A stretch of DNA of 59,603 bases, filler included, from Moniliella sp. 'wahieum' (lineage: Eukaryota): the NCBI GenBank assembly GCA_003971905.1. It is 2 parts of 2 records of this genome, joined end to end, with 100 filler letters (N's around TTAATTAATTAA, not from the genome) between each part and the next. Parts side by side here need not be neighbours in the genome. Positions count along the whole stretch, not along the records: positions 1 to 31,591 come from RSEE01000192.1; 1 more part is not named here. One strand, given 5' to 3'. The position numbers and the translations under genes are program-made. Each line of letters opens with the position of its first letter. Position 1 is the first letter of the stretch. This document shows, piece by piece, positions 10,225 to 23,602 of this stretch. A model generated the notes under the pieces. It was not told the DNA's origin. It did no database searches and was given only the letters and a program-made list of their open reading frames with translations.

Positions 10225-12095
10225 ATGCAACCCCCACCCCACTTCCCCCCGCCGCCACCCCTCATTGTCCTCCTTCACATATGCCCCCGCTGGCTCCGTC
10301 GCTTGCACCTCGCTCCTGGGCCCAGTCCGTCGCCCACCAGCTGCGCCCGTCGCCCACCCCGCCCTCGGCGCCCACCCTCACCCTCCTCCTCGCCACCACT
10401 GCCGGCTACCGGCCTTGCCACCCTTCTTATCGGCCGTGCCTCTGCGCCACGCCGTCTACGTCGTGTGCTGGCCGCTCGCACCCGTGCCACGGATCTCCTG
10501 CACAGCAAACTCAATGCCGAACGAATGTTCCGTGCTCAAGCCGAAAACCAAGTTAAACGCGTCCAGCACGAAGCTAACTCGCCGCTCGCCACTACACCCC
10601 CCCTCCCTCCTCCAAGCCCAACCACAACCAGTCCGTACCTCCTTTCCTGCTGTAGGGTCAACCGCAGCTGCCGACCCCACGCCGACAGCGCCTTCGCAAC
10701 AATACGTTACCTCGCCTTCCAATTTACCCATTGCTGGTGATATCCAACTCTCTTCTCCTTGTACTTATCCACTGCCTGCACCCTAAGCATTGCTCAGAAC
10801 TGACTTTTTTGTACTTTCCACTGTGCCCACACCTCCGCCTCAGGCTTGTATGGCAAACCCAAAGATTCAACTCGGAGCCGTTTCTGCCTGGTTTCGCCTG
10901 ATGGATCGCCCTGCGTATCGGCATCGGTCGCGGTGGTCGATCGCCATGGCAATAAAGATAGGTCACCCTTTTCCCCGTGTGTACGTTCATTACGGCCCTT
11001 CTAGCTCTTCCACAGACCTAAGCACTCACCCTGTTTCTGTTCCAGATAAACGGGTGACGGAGGAGAGAGTCACCAAACCTGTCGGACCTACCATTGCGTT
11101 GCCCCCATCTGCTCCCATCGTGCTCAGTCGGAGCAACGAGATGAGGGACAAAGCCCACAGAGAAAGAGTCCGAGAAAGGCTCTGGATCTGAACCTGATGT
11201 CGTGCCGCGACCCTTCGTCCCCGCGTTCTCCCTCGCCCCGTGACAGTTGCAGCGACCGATGCCAACAAAGCCAGCGGTACAACACTCCCTTTTGCACCCA
11301 GTCCTAGTCCGGCTGTGAAGAAGACAGGGACTAATGCCAATCAACCTCCTGTCACCATGTATCAAGCCCCTACTACACCGCGTCCCACCACGGCTATCCC
11401 ACCGCAAACACCTGTCGTGGTGCAACGCGCGCGAGACCCCAAAGCCGAGCCAGAGACATTCAGTCAACAAGCCGCATCCCGTCCCATGGCGTTACCGCCC
11501 AGACCCCAGTTGTGGTATCGCCTACGCAGGTCCAAAACAAATGCATCTACTGCGTGTGGCGGCACATCAAGTTGCACCCACCTTCAGTCCACCGTGGTTA
11601 AAGCTGATTCCGTACCACGTCCGACCATTGCCTGCCCCCACAAACTCCAATTGTGGTGCAAGCTGCACGAGGACTTGAGGGGAGAGATCGACCCTTGCCA
11701 CTCCCCGACCAACCATGGCGATCCCCCCGCAGACGCCTATCGTGAAGCAGGCTGCGTCGCTTGCCAGTGGCACGGCGCAATCGACCCCTTTTGGTACTGA
11801 AAACTAACTCCCTGAAGAAGTCTGTAAGCAATGGGCTTGTGCCCAACCGTCGACACGGACGTCGCGGCGGGTCTCGATTGTCCCGACTCCACTTTGTTGG
11901 GTGTGGTGGGATGAGGACCAACATGGGATTATGCCGTCTACAGTGCAAGACACGACCGTGCCCGTAGAACGGGATACGGCGCACGACGCAATGGTGATGC
12001 TGGAAGAGATGGTGCGGAAGCACCAAGACGAGGCGACGAAGAGTACGGCGGGCCGGCTCAGTGAAGACAGATTGTCGAGCCCTAAGCATGAATAG
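10225..12095 (+). CDS. Hypothetical Pro/Thr-rich protein with internal PPQTP repeats, intron-containing and frameshifted
   Basis: Chain of plus ORFs (10225-10740, 10790-11191, 11240-11800, 11901-12095), a short coiled-coil-like segment LHSKLNAERMFRAQAENQVKRVQHE, and repeated RPTxAxPPQTP(V/I)V units. Confidence 0.45.
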
Positions 12096-13070
12096 AGAAG
12101 CGGCCTGGTTGAAGACCTCTCCTGTTGCGGACAAGAAGGAGAAGTGAGGGTGAGCCTTGGGAATTGTATATAAGCCGAATGTTCCCCCCCTTTTATTCGT
12201 TCTCTCGTTCCTTGTCCATCTGGGGACATGGAAGCTGTACCAATACATTGTCTATACGTTTCGTATGCTTTCCTCGATTGACAGGAGAACCACGCGGGGT
12301 TTTGTCGTTATACAGTGTCAGCGTGTAGTGTGGCGCCCCACACACGCTCTCTTTGCCGCTCCTTTTTTGTTTGTAGGGCAAGGAGAAGTATATTTTCACA
12401 GAACCAAAATGGATTGTCTAAACGTCTGAACTGTGAACTGCTAACCGAGATTGGACAGGAATGAAAACGATGAGTTTGCCTATTCTCCTTATCCACCCTC
12501 CGACGTCACAAACAAGATACTGCTTGAATGAGAGTCCAATGGTTGCGCTTGGATCAATTGATGACCCTCAACATTCGACTTCAGTCAAGAGACCAAGCCT
12601 CAAGTCCTGGAACGAGCCTATGTAGTATTGGGGAAATGCACTCTCCACACACACCCCATATATATTCTTCCAAGGGTTGGCCTTTGCGTAGCGTCACATG
12701 TGTGCACAAACCGGACAGCGAAATTCGATGGGAAGCAGTAAAGGCTGCACCATATGCAACGAGGGAGAACGATCTGCATAGTCAGCCAGCTGCCCCTTCT
12801 CGTTATTCCACCTCGTGTCTGCTGTGTGGAGCCTCCGCGACCATTCCAAAATCCAATGGCGTGCAACGTTTCGCAACCCGCCCGGATACTATAACGGGGT
12901 CAAATTTGAAACTGTGCACGTTCGTTGCCTGCGTCAATTGATTATGATTTCCGGGGCAGTATTTGAGTTGTGAGTCACAAGTGCACAAATCTCCAAGTCC
13001 CAAGCCGGGTTGCGCGCCAAAGGCAGCGACTCCCACACCACCACCGTCCCCTCTCTACTCGTCAGCCGCG

Positions 13071-15219
13071 ATGGGCTCTCTCTCCGCCAGCCCGTTTCCC
13101 ACGTCCCCCACACCTTCTGGTCCCCAGTACGTGGCGCCTTCCGTCGCACCAGCCAAGTATACGGCCCAGTCTGCGCCGACCCAGATCTCTCCCACCCTCT
13201 CCTCGGTGCCCTTGGCGGAGCGCAGCGATGCCGAGCGCAATGTGCTCATCACCTCCGCCCTCTCCTATGTCAACAATGTGCCCCATCTCGGCAACATCAT
13301 TGGATCGACGTTGAGTGCGGATGTGTATGCTCGTTACAGCCGCTCGCGCAACCGCAACACGTTGTACATTTGTGGCACGGACGAGTACGGTACGGCGACC
13401 GAAACCAAGCATTGGAAGATGGTGTGACGCCACAGGAGCTGGTGGACAAGTACCACGCCCTTCATAAGATTGCCTACGACTGGTTTGATATTGGGTTTGA
13501 CTATTTTGGTCGCACCACGACCGAGTGGCAAACGAAAATTGCCCAAGACATCTTTCTCAAGCTCCATGCCAATGGCTTTGTCGAGGAGCGCACCATCACC
13601 CAACTGTACTGCGACAAGGACCAGCGCTTCCTGGCGACCGTTACGTGGAGGGAATTTGTCCCAAGTGTGGTTACGAAGATGCTCGTGGCGATCAGTGCGA
13701 CAAGTGTGGCTCCTTGTACGATGCGATGGAGCTGAAGCATCCGCGGTGCAAGACGTGCAACTCGACCCCGCTCCCAAAGAGACCAAACATATCTTTCTCC
13801 GCATCGACTTGCTCAACCAGCGACCGAGACGTGGGCGCGCCAAGCGGCCGTCGAAGGAGCTGGAGCAGCAACTCTGTCCACATTACCGAGAGCTGGTTTA
13901 AGGAAGGCCTGCGACCGTTTAGCTGACGCGTGATCTCAAGTGGGGGGTGAAGGTGCCATTGCCCGGGTACGAGGACAAGGTATTTTACGTGTGGTACGAT
14001 GCACCGATTGGCTATCCATCCATCACGGCCAACTATGCGCCGAGTGTATGGGAGGCGTGGTGGAAGAGCCCGGAGCAAGTGTCGCTGTACCAGTTTATGG
14101 GCAAGGACAATGTTCGCTTCCATACTGTCATCTTCCCCTCGACGTTGATTGGCACCAAGGACAAGTGGACCAAACTGCAACAGATCAGCACAACCGAGTA
14201 CCTCCAGTACGAAGGAGGCAAGTTCAGCAAGAGCCGCAACGTTGGAGTATTTGGTGATAAGGCGGCCGAGACAGGGGTACCGGCCAGCGTATGGCGGTAC
14301 TATCTCTTGGCCAACCGGCCTGAAACGGCGGATTCCAGTTCTCCTGGGCCGAGTTTATTGCGCGCAACAACAATGAACTCTTGGCCAATCTGGGCAACTT
14401 TGTCAACCGCGTTCTGACTTTGTCGCCAAGATACCAAGGGATCTTGCCTCCCGTTCCAGCCGAGCTGACCGATGCCAAAGCCGAAGGACACGCGCTCTAT
14501 GCGGCGCTGGTCAAGGACGTCAATGTGCTGCTGGGCCAGTATGCGGACCATATGGAGGCGGCCCGGTTGCGCGCTGGGCTTCAAACCGCAATGGCCATCT
14601 CGGCCCGGGGCAACCTGTTTTTAACCGAGTCCAAGCTGACCAAGGCGCTGTTTGTCGAGCATCCCACCACGTGCAACGCCGTGGTTCATGCGACAGTCAG
14701 CCTCATCTACCTTCTCAGTGCCGTCGTTGCGCCCTTTATGCCGTCGACTGCCAATGACATTTGATTCAGCTCAACGCACCACCTCGGGCTCTACCTCTTC
14801 CCCCAGAGGCCGGACAGAAGGGTGGCATCGGCCATTGGGCCCCGCCAGAGCTACTGGCCGATCACACCATCGGCAAGCCTAAGCACCTTTTCAAGCCCAT
14901 CGATCCCAAAATGGAAGAGGTGTGGCGGACCCAGTTTGGCGGAGCCAAGCCAAGGAGAGACGGCCAAACCGGCTCTGAGTAAATCACAAGCAGCCAAGCT
15001 TGCGAAAAAGGCCAAAAAGGAAGCAGAGGCGCGGCGGCGGCCAAGATCCCCAACACTCCCGAAGCCAAGGCGTTGCGGGCCAAGATTGAAGCACAGGGCG
15101 TGGCCGTGCGCGAGGCTAAGGCAGCAGCCAAAGCGGATGACTCCAAGCAGGCGGCTGTCGATGCCAGCGTCCAAGAGTTGCTGCAGCTCAAGGAGCAGCT
15201 GGCTAAGCTCTCGGTTTGA
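13071..15219 (+). CDS. MES1: Cytosolic methionyl-tRNA synthetase (frameshifted in assembly)
   Basis: [24 protein letters not shown] (HLGN = HIGH motif), [15 protein letters not shown], zinc knuckles [42 protein letters not shown], anticodon domain [12 protein letters not shown]. Stop TGA at 15217-15219. Confidence 0.97.
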
Positions 15220-15390
15220 CGTCGTGGTCCCACCGCTGTGGCTACTGGTTTAGTTTTTCCCCTCCTTCATCCATCCTCCTTTCCCCAGTACATTGGACCA
15301 GGACAGGACAGACCTAGCAGATAGTCAAGGGTATCGTATATCATCGTTGCACAACAAGACGCAGCATGCGAGGGATCGTCGTCGCTGGGC

Positions 15391-15759
15391 TCACACCAGG
15401 CGCCAAACCAACCAGAGCAAGATGACGCTGGCCATGACGGTCAACGTGAGGCGCCAGCCCTGCAGATTGACCACCTTTTGGGTAAGACTGGTCGAGGAGC
15501 GCTGCAGGCTGCGGCCGAGGCCGTCGAGCGCGCGCTCGGCCCCAGGAAGGAGCGAGGTGCGCTGGGCCTCGGCATCGGCGTGGATGTCGACGGTGACCGC
15601 GTGCTGGAGCGAGGGTGGGGGCGGCGTGGTCAGGGAGCAGCGCCGCGCGGAGCAGCGCAGAGGAGTGGAGGATACGCACCAGATTGCGCACCTGGGAGTG
15701 GAGGGCGCCCAGGGCAGCGTCGTTCTGCTGCTCGTACGTGCGTGCGCCGTCGAGGACAT
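15391..15759 (-). CDS. BET1: Bet1/Sft1-like Qc-SNARE (ER-Golgi), one intron 15604-15679
   Basis: YEQQNDAALGALHSQVRNL|HAVTVDIHADAEAQR is a SNARE-motif start typical of Bet1, followed by a C-terminal TM anchor LTLTVMASVILLWLVWRLV*. Intron GTGCGT...CTGAC...CCAG. Confidence 0.8.
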   Translation of the reverse strand: MSSTAHARTSSRTTLPWAPSTPRCAIWCVSSTPLRCSARRCSLTTPPPPSLQHAVTVDIHADAEAQRTSLLPGAERALDGLGRSLQRSSTSLTQKVVNLQGWRLTLTVMASVILLWLVWRLV

Positions 15760-17865
15760 GGCGGATGGCGGCGGCTGGGCGGCCTGAATGCGTATCGCCG
15801 CGCCACCCATGACGCAACGTGGCAGCGGAATCTGCCCTGCCGCTTCCGCCTCGCGACCCAGAATGGGTGATCCAGTTTTTTTCGTGGTGGTGAATGTTTC
15901 ATCTCACGTTCTCCCGTTCTCCCGCCCGTCAACTACCTACGGTTTGCCCCTGGGGCTAGAGAGTGTCTGTCCTACGCGTGCCGGGCAATTGACGATGGGC
16001 CGTGGCTACCACTGGGCTGTGCGCCCCTGGCGCAGGTAGCGCCGATACGTTTTGCACTATGCATGGACAGGTCCAAAACATATACGACCGTTCAAAACGT
16101 TAACAAACGTCAGACGCTGCGCAATAAGCCGAGCACTTGTCATTCCGTGATCTGCCCAAATAATGCAGCGCACACGTGGCTTTGGCCTGCTGCTGTGGCT
16201 TGTCCAGGTTCAAGCTCTAGAGAGTTCAAGCTGACGTTCAGGCCTTCAGGTCGACGTGACCCGCGTGTGACCGACCAGGAGGCCTGCTCAGGCGGAGGCC
16301 GCCCCTAATGCGCCAAAACTGAGGACCCCTCAGTGCCTCCGCCTCATCAGCCTCTTAGGTCTCATCTCAGGGTCTCGGGCTTCTGGCCGCAGTATGGCGG
16401 CTTCAGCCCCAGGAGGCCTCAGGCCTCAGGGACTCTCAGATCTCAGATCTCAGGACGTAGGTAGTTGGAGGACGTTTCGTGTCTTGCTCCAACAAATGAC
16501 GTGCTCGTTTCTCCCCCAAAGTTGACTGACATGTGACACGTTGACCCCGCCCCCCAGTCCTGTGCTGCACACAAGACTGTACATTCGGTTGGTGTACCGA
16601 TCACTCAGGCACTCTCGGTGGGCATTTCGTACCTATGGGCAAACCTGCATCCACACTATATGGCTAAATTGATTATTGCTGTGGCTTTACACGAGTTTTA
16701 ACCCTGTCTCCACAAAAGCTTCGTAAAAGTATAGTAGGATGCGACTCGGTAAGAAATATATGGCCCCTTGAAAGTCTGAGGCACCGCGCTCCACACTACT
16801 TGGGATGAATTCGCCGCGCAAGATTCGTCCAGATGGCATGGCTGGCATCATGGCAGTAGTGGGTGTGGGTGTGGCATATACCGCAGGGGGGCTATGGCGT
16901 TGGGTGCAGTAAGTATAGGATGGCGGGGCTTGAAGCTTGAAGTTCAAGCGTCTGCCAGCAGCGCCGTCTCGGTGCCTTTGATTGATGCGCGGGGACATGG
17001 ACAGTAGATCCATCGGCGCAGACACGCTCTAAGGCCGAAGGGGGGAAAGGCGGCTTGGTGACTCTACTGTGTCGAGCGAAAAAGAGAAAACAAAAATTGA
17101 TCATCGATGATTAATGATTGGGTGTCACCGGTCACCGTCACCATCTCACCACACTGGCCACACTCCTCCTCTCCCACAAGGCGCTGAACCTCCGGCAGCA
17201 GGCACGGCGCCTGTGCCCCCGCATCCAGCCTCGTATCGTTTGTCCCGTGGTGCGAGCTATTTTGCCGAAGCGGCGGGACCAGGAACCACCAGCCAGCAGC
17301 GCCCAGGCCTGCCAGGTGTCAGCACATGCCGTGAGGCACTCGTGAGGCCTGAGGCCCTGTTAGATCGTAGCGCTTACAGCCGGCATCTGCCTGCTGTGGT
17401 TTGGGTAAGATTGCGTGCGCGCTGCGTGAGACCGCCTTTTCATCCGTGCACTGTCCAGTCGCCTCCCTACTCCCACAGCCACACGCCAAAACTATAGTGC
17501 CTTCTGCCTCTTGCCTCTCTCTGTCTCTGAGCAGGAGTGTGCGTGGCGGGCCTCCCAAAATTCTCTCTGACGCGGGTTTATTTATAAGAGGCAATATCCC
17601 CCCGACTCCACACCTCCTTTTGTTCTTTCCCGCTTCAAACACCCGCACCCTACTCTCGTCCCTCTACCGCTTTGCCCGACCCAGCAAGCAGCCAATTCGC
17701 ACAAGATCTTCACTTGTGTGCCGTGTGCTTTCCTACCGTGGCCCGACGCCCACTCGAACCTTGAAGCTTCTCCCTAGCCCCCTTCGCACCAAGCTTCAAC
17801 AAGAACCTTCGCCCATTTACCGTCCATCACTCCATCTCGTGCACATTTCCGCCCACACTTTTCCC

Positions 17866-19459
17866 ATGTCGGTCTACAGTCCTCATTCGGATAAGTTCTC
17901 CGATCACAGCCCAAGCGCAGGCACGACCAAACATCCATCTCAAGCAAGAACGGCTACAGCCACACCAAGGCAGAAGGCCACCCGGACCAGACCATTGAGG
18001 AGGCCTTTTTTGACCCGAACAATGCTGATTCTGCCAAATACAAAAAGTTGTCCTGGTTTCAACTGGGCTTGCTCTTGCTCGTCGAGGCGGTTGCGCTTGG
18101 CAGTTTGTCCCTCCCAGCATCCTACGACACGGTCGGCATGGTAGCCGGTGTGATTATCACCTTTGTCGTTGGGCTCCTCACCCTCTACACCGCCTATGTT
18201 GTGGGCGCGGCCAGCAACAAATATGCTGACCGTGTGGTCTCTTACAATGATCTGGTTGCCCTTATGTGGGGGCCTGGGGCGGTGAGCTGTGCGGAATTGC
18301 CTTCGTCGTCTTCCTAACGCTCGCCAACGGTAGCCACGCTCTCACGGGCGCCATTGCATTGGAGACAATTTCCGATCAGCGGGGGTGCAACCTTCTCTGG
18401 TCTGGTGTCTCTGCCATCGTCTTGTTTATCCTCGCCCTGCCCCGGTCCTTTTCTGAGCAATCCTGGCTTGGCGTGGCCGACTTTATCAGCATCATCACCA
18501 GCATCTTGATTACCATCATTGCTACTGGTACGTCTTTTCTTCCTCTCCCAAACTCATTCAGCGTCCTAGTGTATATCTCATTACTGATCCTCGTTTTTGC
18601 TCCACACCAGGTGTGTCTTCCCACGGTGGTAAGGGAATTGATATCTGGGTCGGCGCCCCGACCAACCCAAGCCCTCCATTTTCTGAAGTCATTGTGTCGG
18701 TTGTCAACATCGCCTTTGCCTTCAGTTTTGTAGTCAACCAACCCTCGTTCCAAACCGAACTCAAGAACCGTAAAGACTACATGAAGGTACGAACATCACC
18801 CTTCCCCTGATTTGGCATTACCTCCATTAGCCACAGGATACTGACCCGGGTGCCTCTGCTAGTCGGTTTCGTTGCTGATGGCAGCGGAGTGGATCATCTA
18901 CATTCTGACTGGCGCCTTGATTTACGCCTTTGTGGGCAAGGGGGTGCCTTCCCCTGCGCTTCTGGCATCTAGCCACACTGTTCGTCGGATCGGATTTGGT
19001 ATTGCTTTGGTCGTCATCTTTGTGTCGGGCTCATCAACACGGTTGCGCTGCCCGTTATGTGCATCACCGCATCTTCAAAAACACGCCTCACAAGTACATC
19101 TCCACCCCTCTTGGAATTGGGGCGTGGGTGGCGATTGTATTTGGCTTGACCGTGATTGGCTGGGTGGTTGCTGAGGCCATCCCGGCATTCAGCCTCATTC
19201 TTAGCATCATCTCTGCCATTTGTGTGTCCGGCTTCTCGTTCTATTTGCCAGGCTTCATTTGGTTCTACCTCTTGCGCGAAGGCGCCTGGAACAGCTCGGC
19301 CAAGAACATCGCACTGAGCATCCTCAACACTTTCCTTATTCTTCTTGGATTCTTCTTCTTTGTCGGAGGGATGTATGGCTCGGTGGTCCAGCTGCGGGAC
19401 ACATACCGTACAACGAGGCCAGTACTCCCTTCTCGTGCCAGTGGAACCACAGGTCATGA
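17866..19459 (+). CDS. Neutral amino acid permease (AAAP/Aa_trans, Mtr-like), introns 18528-18610 and 18787-18862
   Basis: KKLSWFQLGLLLLVEAVALGSLSLP, GSHALTG, LFILALPRSFSEQSWLGVADFISI, VVNIAFAFSF, WVVAEAIPAFS, FSFYLPG, and the ending PFSC. Canonical GT-AG introns. Confidence 0.9.
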
Positions 19460-20238
19460 GAGGCGGCTCTTTTTTGCTGATGTGTGGAGATGCTGCAACC
19501 CCATCTTTTTTTACCCACCCGGACCGGTCGCTATTACCCCCTCCTTTCTCTCTAGCGTTTACGTTGGTTGCGATGTTCATCACGACTTGATCTTAATGCA
19601 GTGTGTGCGAAACAAAACGAACTCAAGTGAACAACTATAGCCATACCTGTTTTTATAGCGGTTATAGCAGGGTGTAGTATGTCGCCCATCTCTGTGGTCA
19701 CGTGCAACGGGGCTCATTACGCCAGCGCTCTGTTTTGCGTGGGAGGGTTGGGTGTGTTTTTGGGTTAAATTAGTATAGCCGCTGCTGTTCGCTCTCGGCT
19801 GTTCTGGCCACATCAGTTCCCACTTCCTCCTCGGTCGCTTGTGCGTCTGCCTCCCTCCCACACACCACCACTCCCGAGCCCCTGTGTGCTGGATCAGGTC
19901 CGATGCCCTCCCCTGTCTGGTTTCGGCGGACCACGCCGACGCGGAGCACAGCCACTGTGCATCAAGCAACTTGGGCACCCCCCCGGCAGTCGTATTGCCA
20001 TCACCACGACCGTCCCATGCCAGGAGGCAGACTCCCCTCTTCCTTCTGACGTTACCGACACCCGATTGGTGATGGTACCCCCCTCGCTGTCTCCTCGTCG
20101 AGACCAATGACGCACCCCTCGTCTTCACGCCCCGCCCCAATTCCTAATCAATTACCACTTCTGTCGCCCACCATTCGCGTGGACGGTTCACGCGAAAATC
20201 CACACCATCAGGACAGTCTCACCACCGACGAAGGCAAT

Positions 20239-23200
20239 ATGGCTTCCAAGTTACCATTCACCCTTCCAGGCGTGATCGAAGGGGATAGTGGCACGCATAC
20301 ATTAGTGGGCGAGACGGGATTGTCTAACCTCCAACGCCAGCTTGTGGCCCAAGACTCTGAATCCTCTTCATCTCTCAACACCTTTTACTCATCGATAACG
20401 GCCGAGATCCCCCGAATGACAGTCTGCTGGATGAGTCCCAATGTCTGGACGCTCTTCGGCCTCACAAATCAACCAACGGTTTGAGTCTCAAGAGAACTGA
20501 GGGATACATCGAAGCCCTGAGGAATCAAAATAGTGATCTCAAGCGCGAGGTTTTCTACTTGCGCAGCCAACTGAGCAACATAAAGAACAGCCGAAAGTGG
20601 TCATCCAGCTCATTGAGGCACAGAACATATTGCCAAGCTGCGCATCAGAACGAGAAAATGAAAAAGAGTATATCATTATGTGATCGTCAGATCAAGTGCC
20701 TTAAGACCGAACGCGATAAGCCGAAGGCCCACCACTCCCCAACAGGAGGTACGTGTTTCTCACTTCTTTCCCTGATTACTATCATATACTTTTCTCAGTT
20801 ATTATATCTCTTTAATCAACCTGTTGGTTCCTCGTTTGTTAATAATTCTCTCTCGTTGATTCTTATTCGCAGGAATTGTTGGACCAACTCAAGAAAGAGC
20901 ATGCCAAGGAGCTTTCCCAGATCAAGGCGGAGCGGGATCAACTGTCTCTCAAACTGGCTGACACGAATTGCCGCTTGGATAAGAGACAATCCTCATCAGA
21001 CTTGACACGGCAACACAACCAGGAGATTGAAGAGGCCCCCCGTGCTCAAGTTGGGGAACTGGAACGTGAACTCGCGTTGGCGTTGCAGAGTCGGGAGGAA
21101 CAAGAGGGCCTGTTGAACCAACAAAATAAAGAGTTGAAGGAACGCTTGCTGCTGCCTTGGAGCTCAGAGCAACAGAACAGCCATCATCTAATGATGTTAA
21201 TCTCAAGCCCGTCTTTCCCAATTGACGAAGCCTATGATCAATTGCGAACTGAGCTGAACGTTGCTCACACACTCCGGATCAAGACGGAGGAACAAGTCAA
21301 GTGGGAGCATGACGAAGTCATAAGGTTACGTCGCCAATGCGAGCAGAAGGACCAGTACAGGGATCAACTTTTGCTTTGTATCGAGGATAATCAACGCAAG
21401 GCCAACATGACATTGAACTGGCGCGTGCCTTTCAACTTGCGCAAGAAGAAGAGTGAAGATGCTGGAAACAAAGTTGAGAAAATCAGAGACAGAGGCGGCT
21501 CACTGGGAAACCAAGCCAAGCATCTGCAAGACCAGCTGGTCAACCGTGATATCGACCTTGATACGGCGAGCCGTCAAATGGCTGAGAGGTCGGGGCAAAT
21601 GCAAAAGCTGGAAACCTGGATTGAAGATCGTGATGCTCGCCTCCATGCTCAAGGGGAAGAGATCGAGCGACTGCAACCCCAGTTGAGGGGGGCCCAGGCC
21701 AAGTTCAATCAGCGGAGCTATTCAACGAATCGCTCCGAGCTAGACTCGCTACTGCCCAAGAGAGAATGCGCCCTCGAAATCGCTTGGTCGAGAGCAACAA
21801 CAAGATTGAGATACATCAAGCCGAAGCGGAAGCCCAAGCTGAAACGGCCCAGAAGACGCGTGCCGAGTTGAGTACAGTCAAAGCTGATTTGGCCACTGCG
21901 ATTGAGCGTCTCGGCAGTGAGCAGCGTGCCGCTGCCCAGAAGACCCAAGAACAAGGCCGAGTTGGCACGTGAGGACGAATATCGAGTCAAAGCAGTCGAA
22001 AAAGAGCATGAGTGCAGATTGCTGGATAAAGCGCTAGAGGAGCTCAAGCACGGATGCAGCAACAGGTTCAGGACCAGCTTCAAGCCGAACTCGCAGTGCT
22101 GCAAGCACACAATGTAGAATCGTTTGCCGCCGAGAAGCACATGTTGGATCTTGAGATCGATCGCCTCCAGAGTAAAATTGCAGAGCTTGAGCGCGAGCTG
22201 GAGAAATGCACCAAGGAAGTGGAACGGAAGTCTGACTTGGTGAAGGAGAAAGACCTAGGTTGGACCCAAGCGGTACGCTTCTTTCTTCTCTCTCTTTTCT
22301 TTACTGGATGGGGAGTGGCATCTCACTGATCTATTCTCTTTAACTCTCTTTGTGCTGCAGAAGGCCAAGCTTTGTGAACTTGCAGGTAAATTGTCGGCGG
22401 AAGAGCAAGTGAGCAAAGGCTTCTCGGAACGGTTCGACGTGCAAAGCCGGGCCTTGTTGAAGGCACAAGAAGAATTGGACGGGCTCAGGCCAAACTGGAA
22501 AGTGTGGAAACAGTTCGGGCAGATGAGACGCGTAACCAACGCCGTCAGTGAACAAGTTGCCCAGCAGCTAAGGAACGTGATGCGTTGCTGATGCACATCT
22601 CCCAGCAACTGGGTCGTGTCATGGGGCCCGGGAATGGAGCCAGCATGCACACGAGGACGACGCATTTACCAACTTCCCGTCTTAAATGAGCGATCATGAC
22701 TCTTCTGAAGAGTGTGAGCGAATACGTGTACAGTTCGAACAACGCATCAAGGGTATCGAGGATAATATCACAGATCGTTTTAGGTAGGGCTCCCTCCCCC
22801 CAGGTATATACTCGGTCTCACCTGCTTACATTCGATTCACTCGTTTTCTCTTTTTCGTTCTCCAGTACGGTACATCGGCAAAAGACGCAAATACTACACG
22901 GATCAACCAGCTAGACACATCCATCGAGATGATTAAGGACAAACAGGTCTGTGGCACAACCGTATCGCAGCCAAACAGGCTGAGCTGGACGCTCTCCGCT
23001 CGGCTAACAACGAGCTGCAGATCCAAATCGGGTCAATGAAGTCGGCCCAGAGAATGGGACGAGTTTAAGCCCGAATACGACTCATCGCCCCCACTCCAGC
23101 TAGTTTGGAAAGCATGTTGACCGTTGCAAAGCACCAGCTGGCTGAGACTGAAGACCGGATGAAGGAAGCTCAGGTCCGTCACGAGCACGAAGAAGCCAAG

Positions 23201-23449
23201 TGGAAAGAGGGGTAAAGGAACTGAGTCGCAAGTTGAGCAAAGCTCTTCCCGTCCTTCCTTGGAGCAGCGCACAAAGGGACGGAAAAATGGTCTGACTACA
23301 AGAAGGAGCTTAAGCACCAGATTCGTCGAACACGCGAGGAGATGGAGCGAACCAAGAAGCACTCCAAAATGTTGGACGATTTGTTGGCTGTCGAAGGTGG
23401 TGGTATACCGCCTCCCCGACCACCAGAGCCGGAAGAGCCTACGGCATGA
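20239..23449 (+). CDS. Large coiled-coil gamma-tubulin-complex receptor (centrosomin motif 1; Mto1/ApsB/Pcp1-like), multi-intron and frameshifted
   Basis: The N-terminal SLK.TEGYIEALRNQNSDLKREVFYLRSQL resembles the CM1/Cnn_1N motif. About 3 kb of E/K/Q/L heptad-rich sequence follows, with a C-terminal KW..RVKELESQ helix. Introns begin near 20749, 22273 and 22783. Confidence 0.65.
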
Positions 23450-23602
23450 TCACATTTCGTTGCCCACTCGGGGATACTGGACTAGTCGGGGATTACTGGA
23501 CTAGGGTCTGTTGGTTTCGGTTTGTATCGTGTAGGGTCGATACCTTTTGTATTAGTCTTGACTCTCGAACAGTGTAGATGGGATGGTATAGCAGACACGC
23601 GT

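Noticed and set aside
13255..13275. MetRS motif reads [10 protein letters not shown] instead of the usual ITSALPYVNN
   Set aside because: A single base difference (TCC vs CCC) in an error-rich assembly cannot be trusted.
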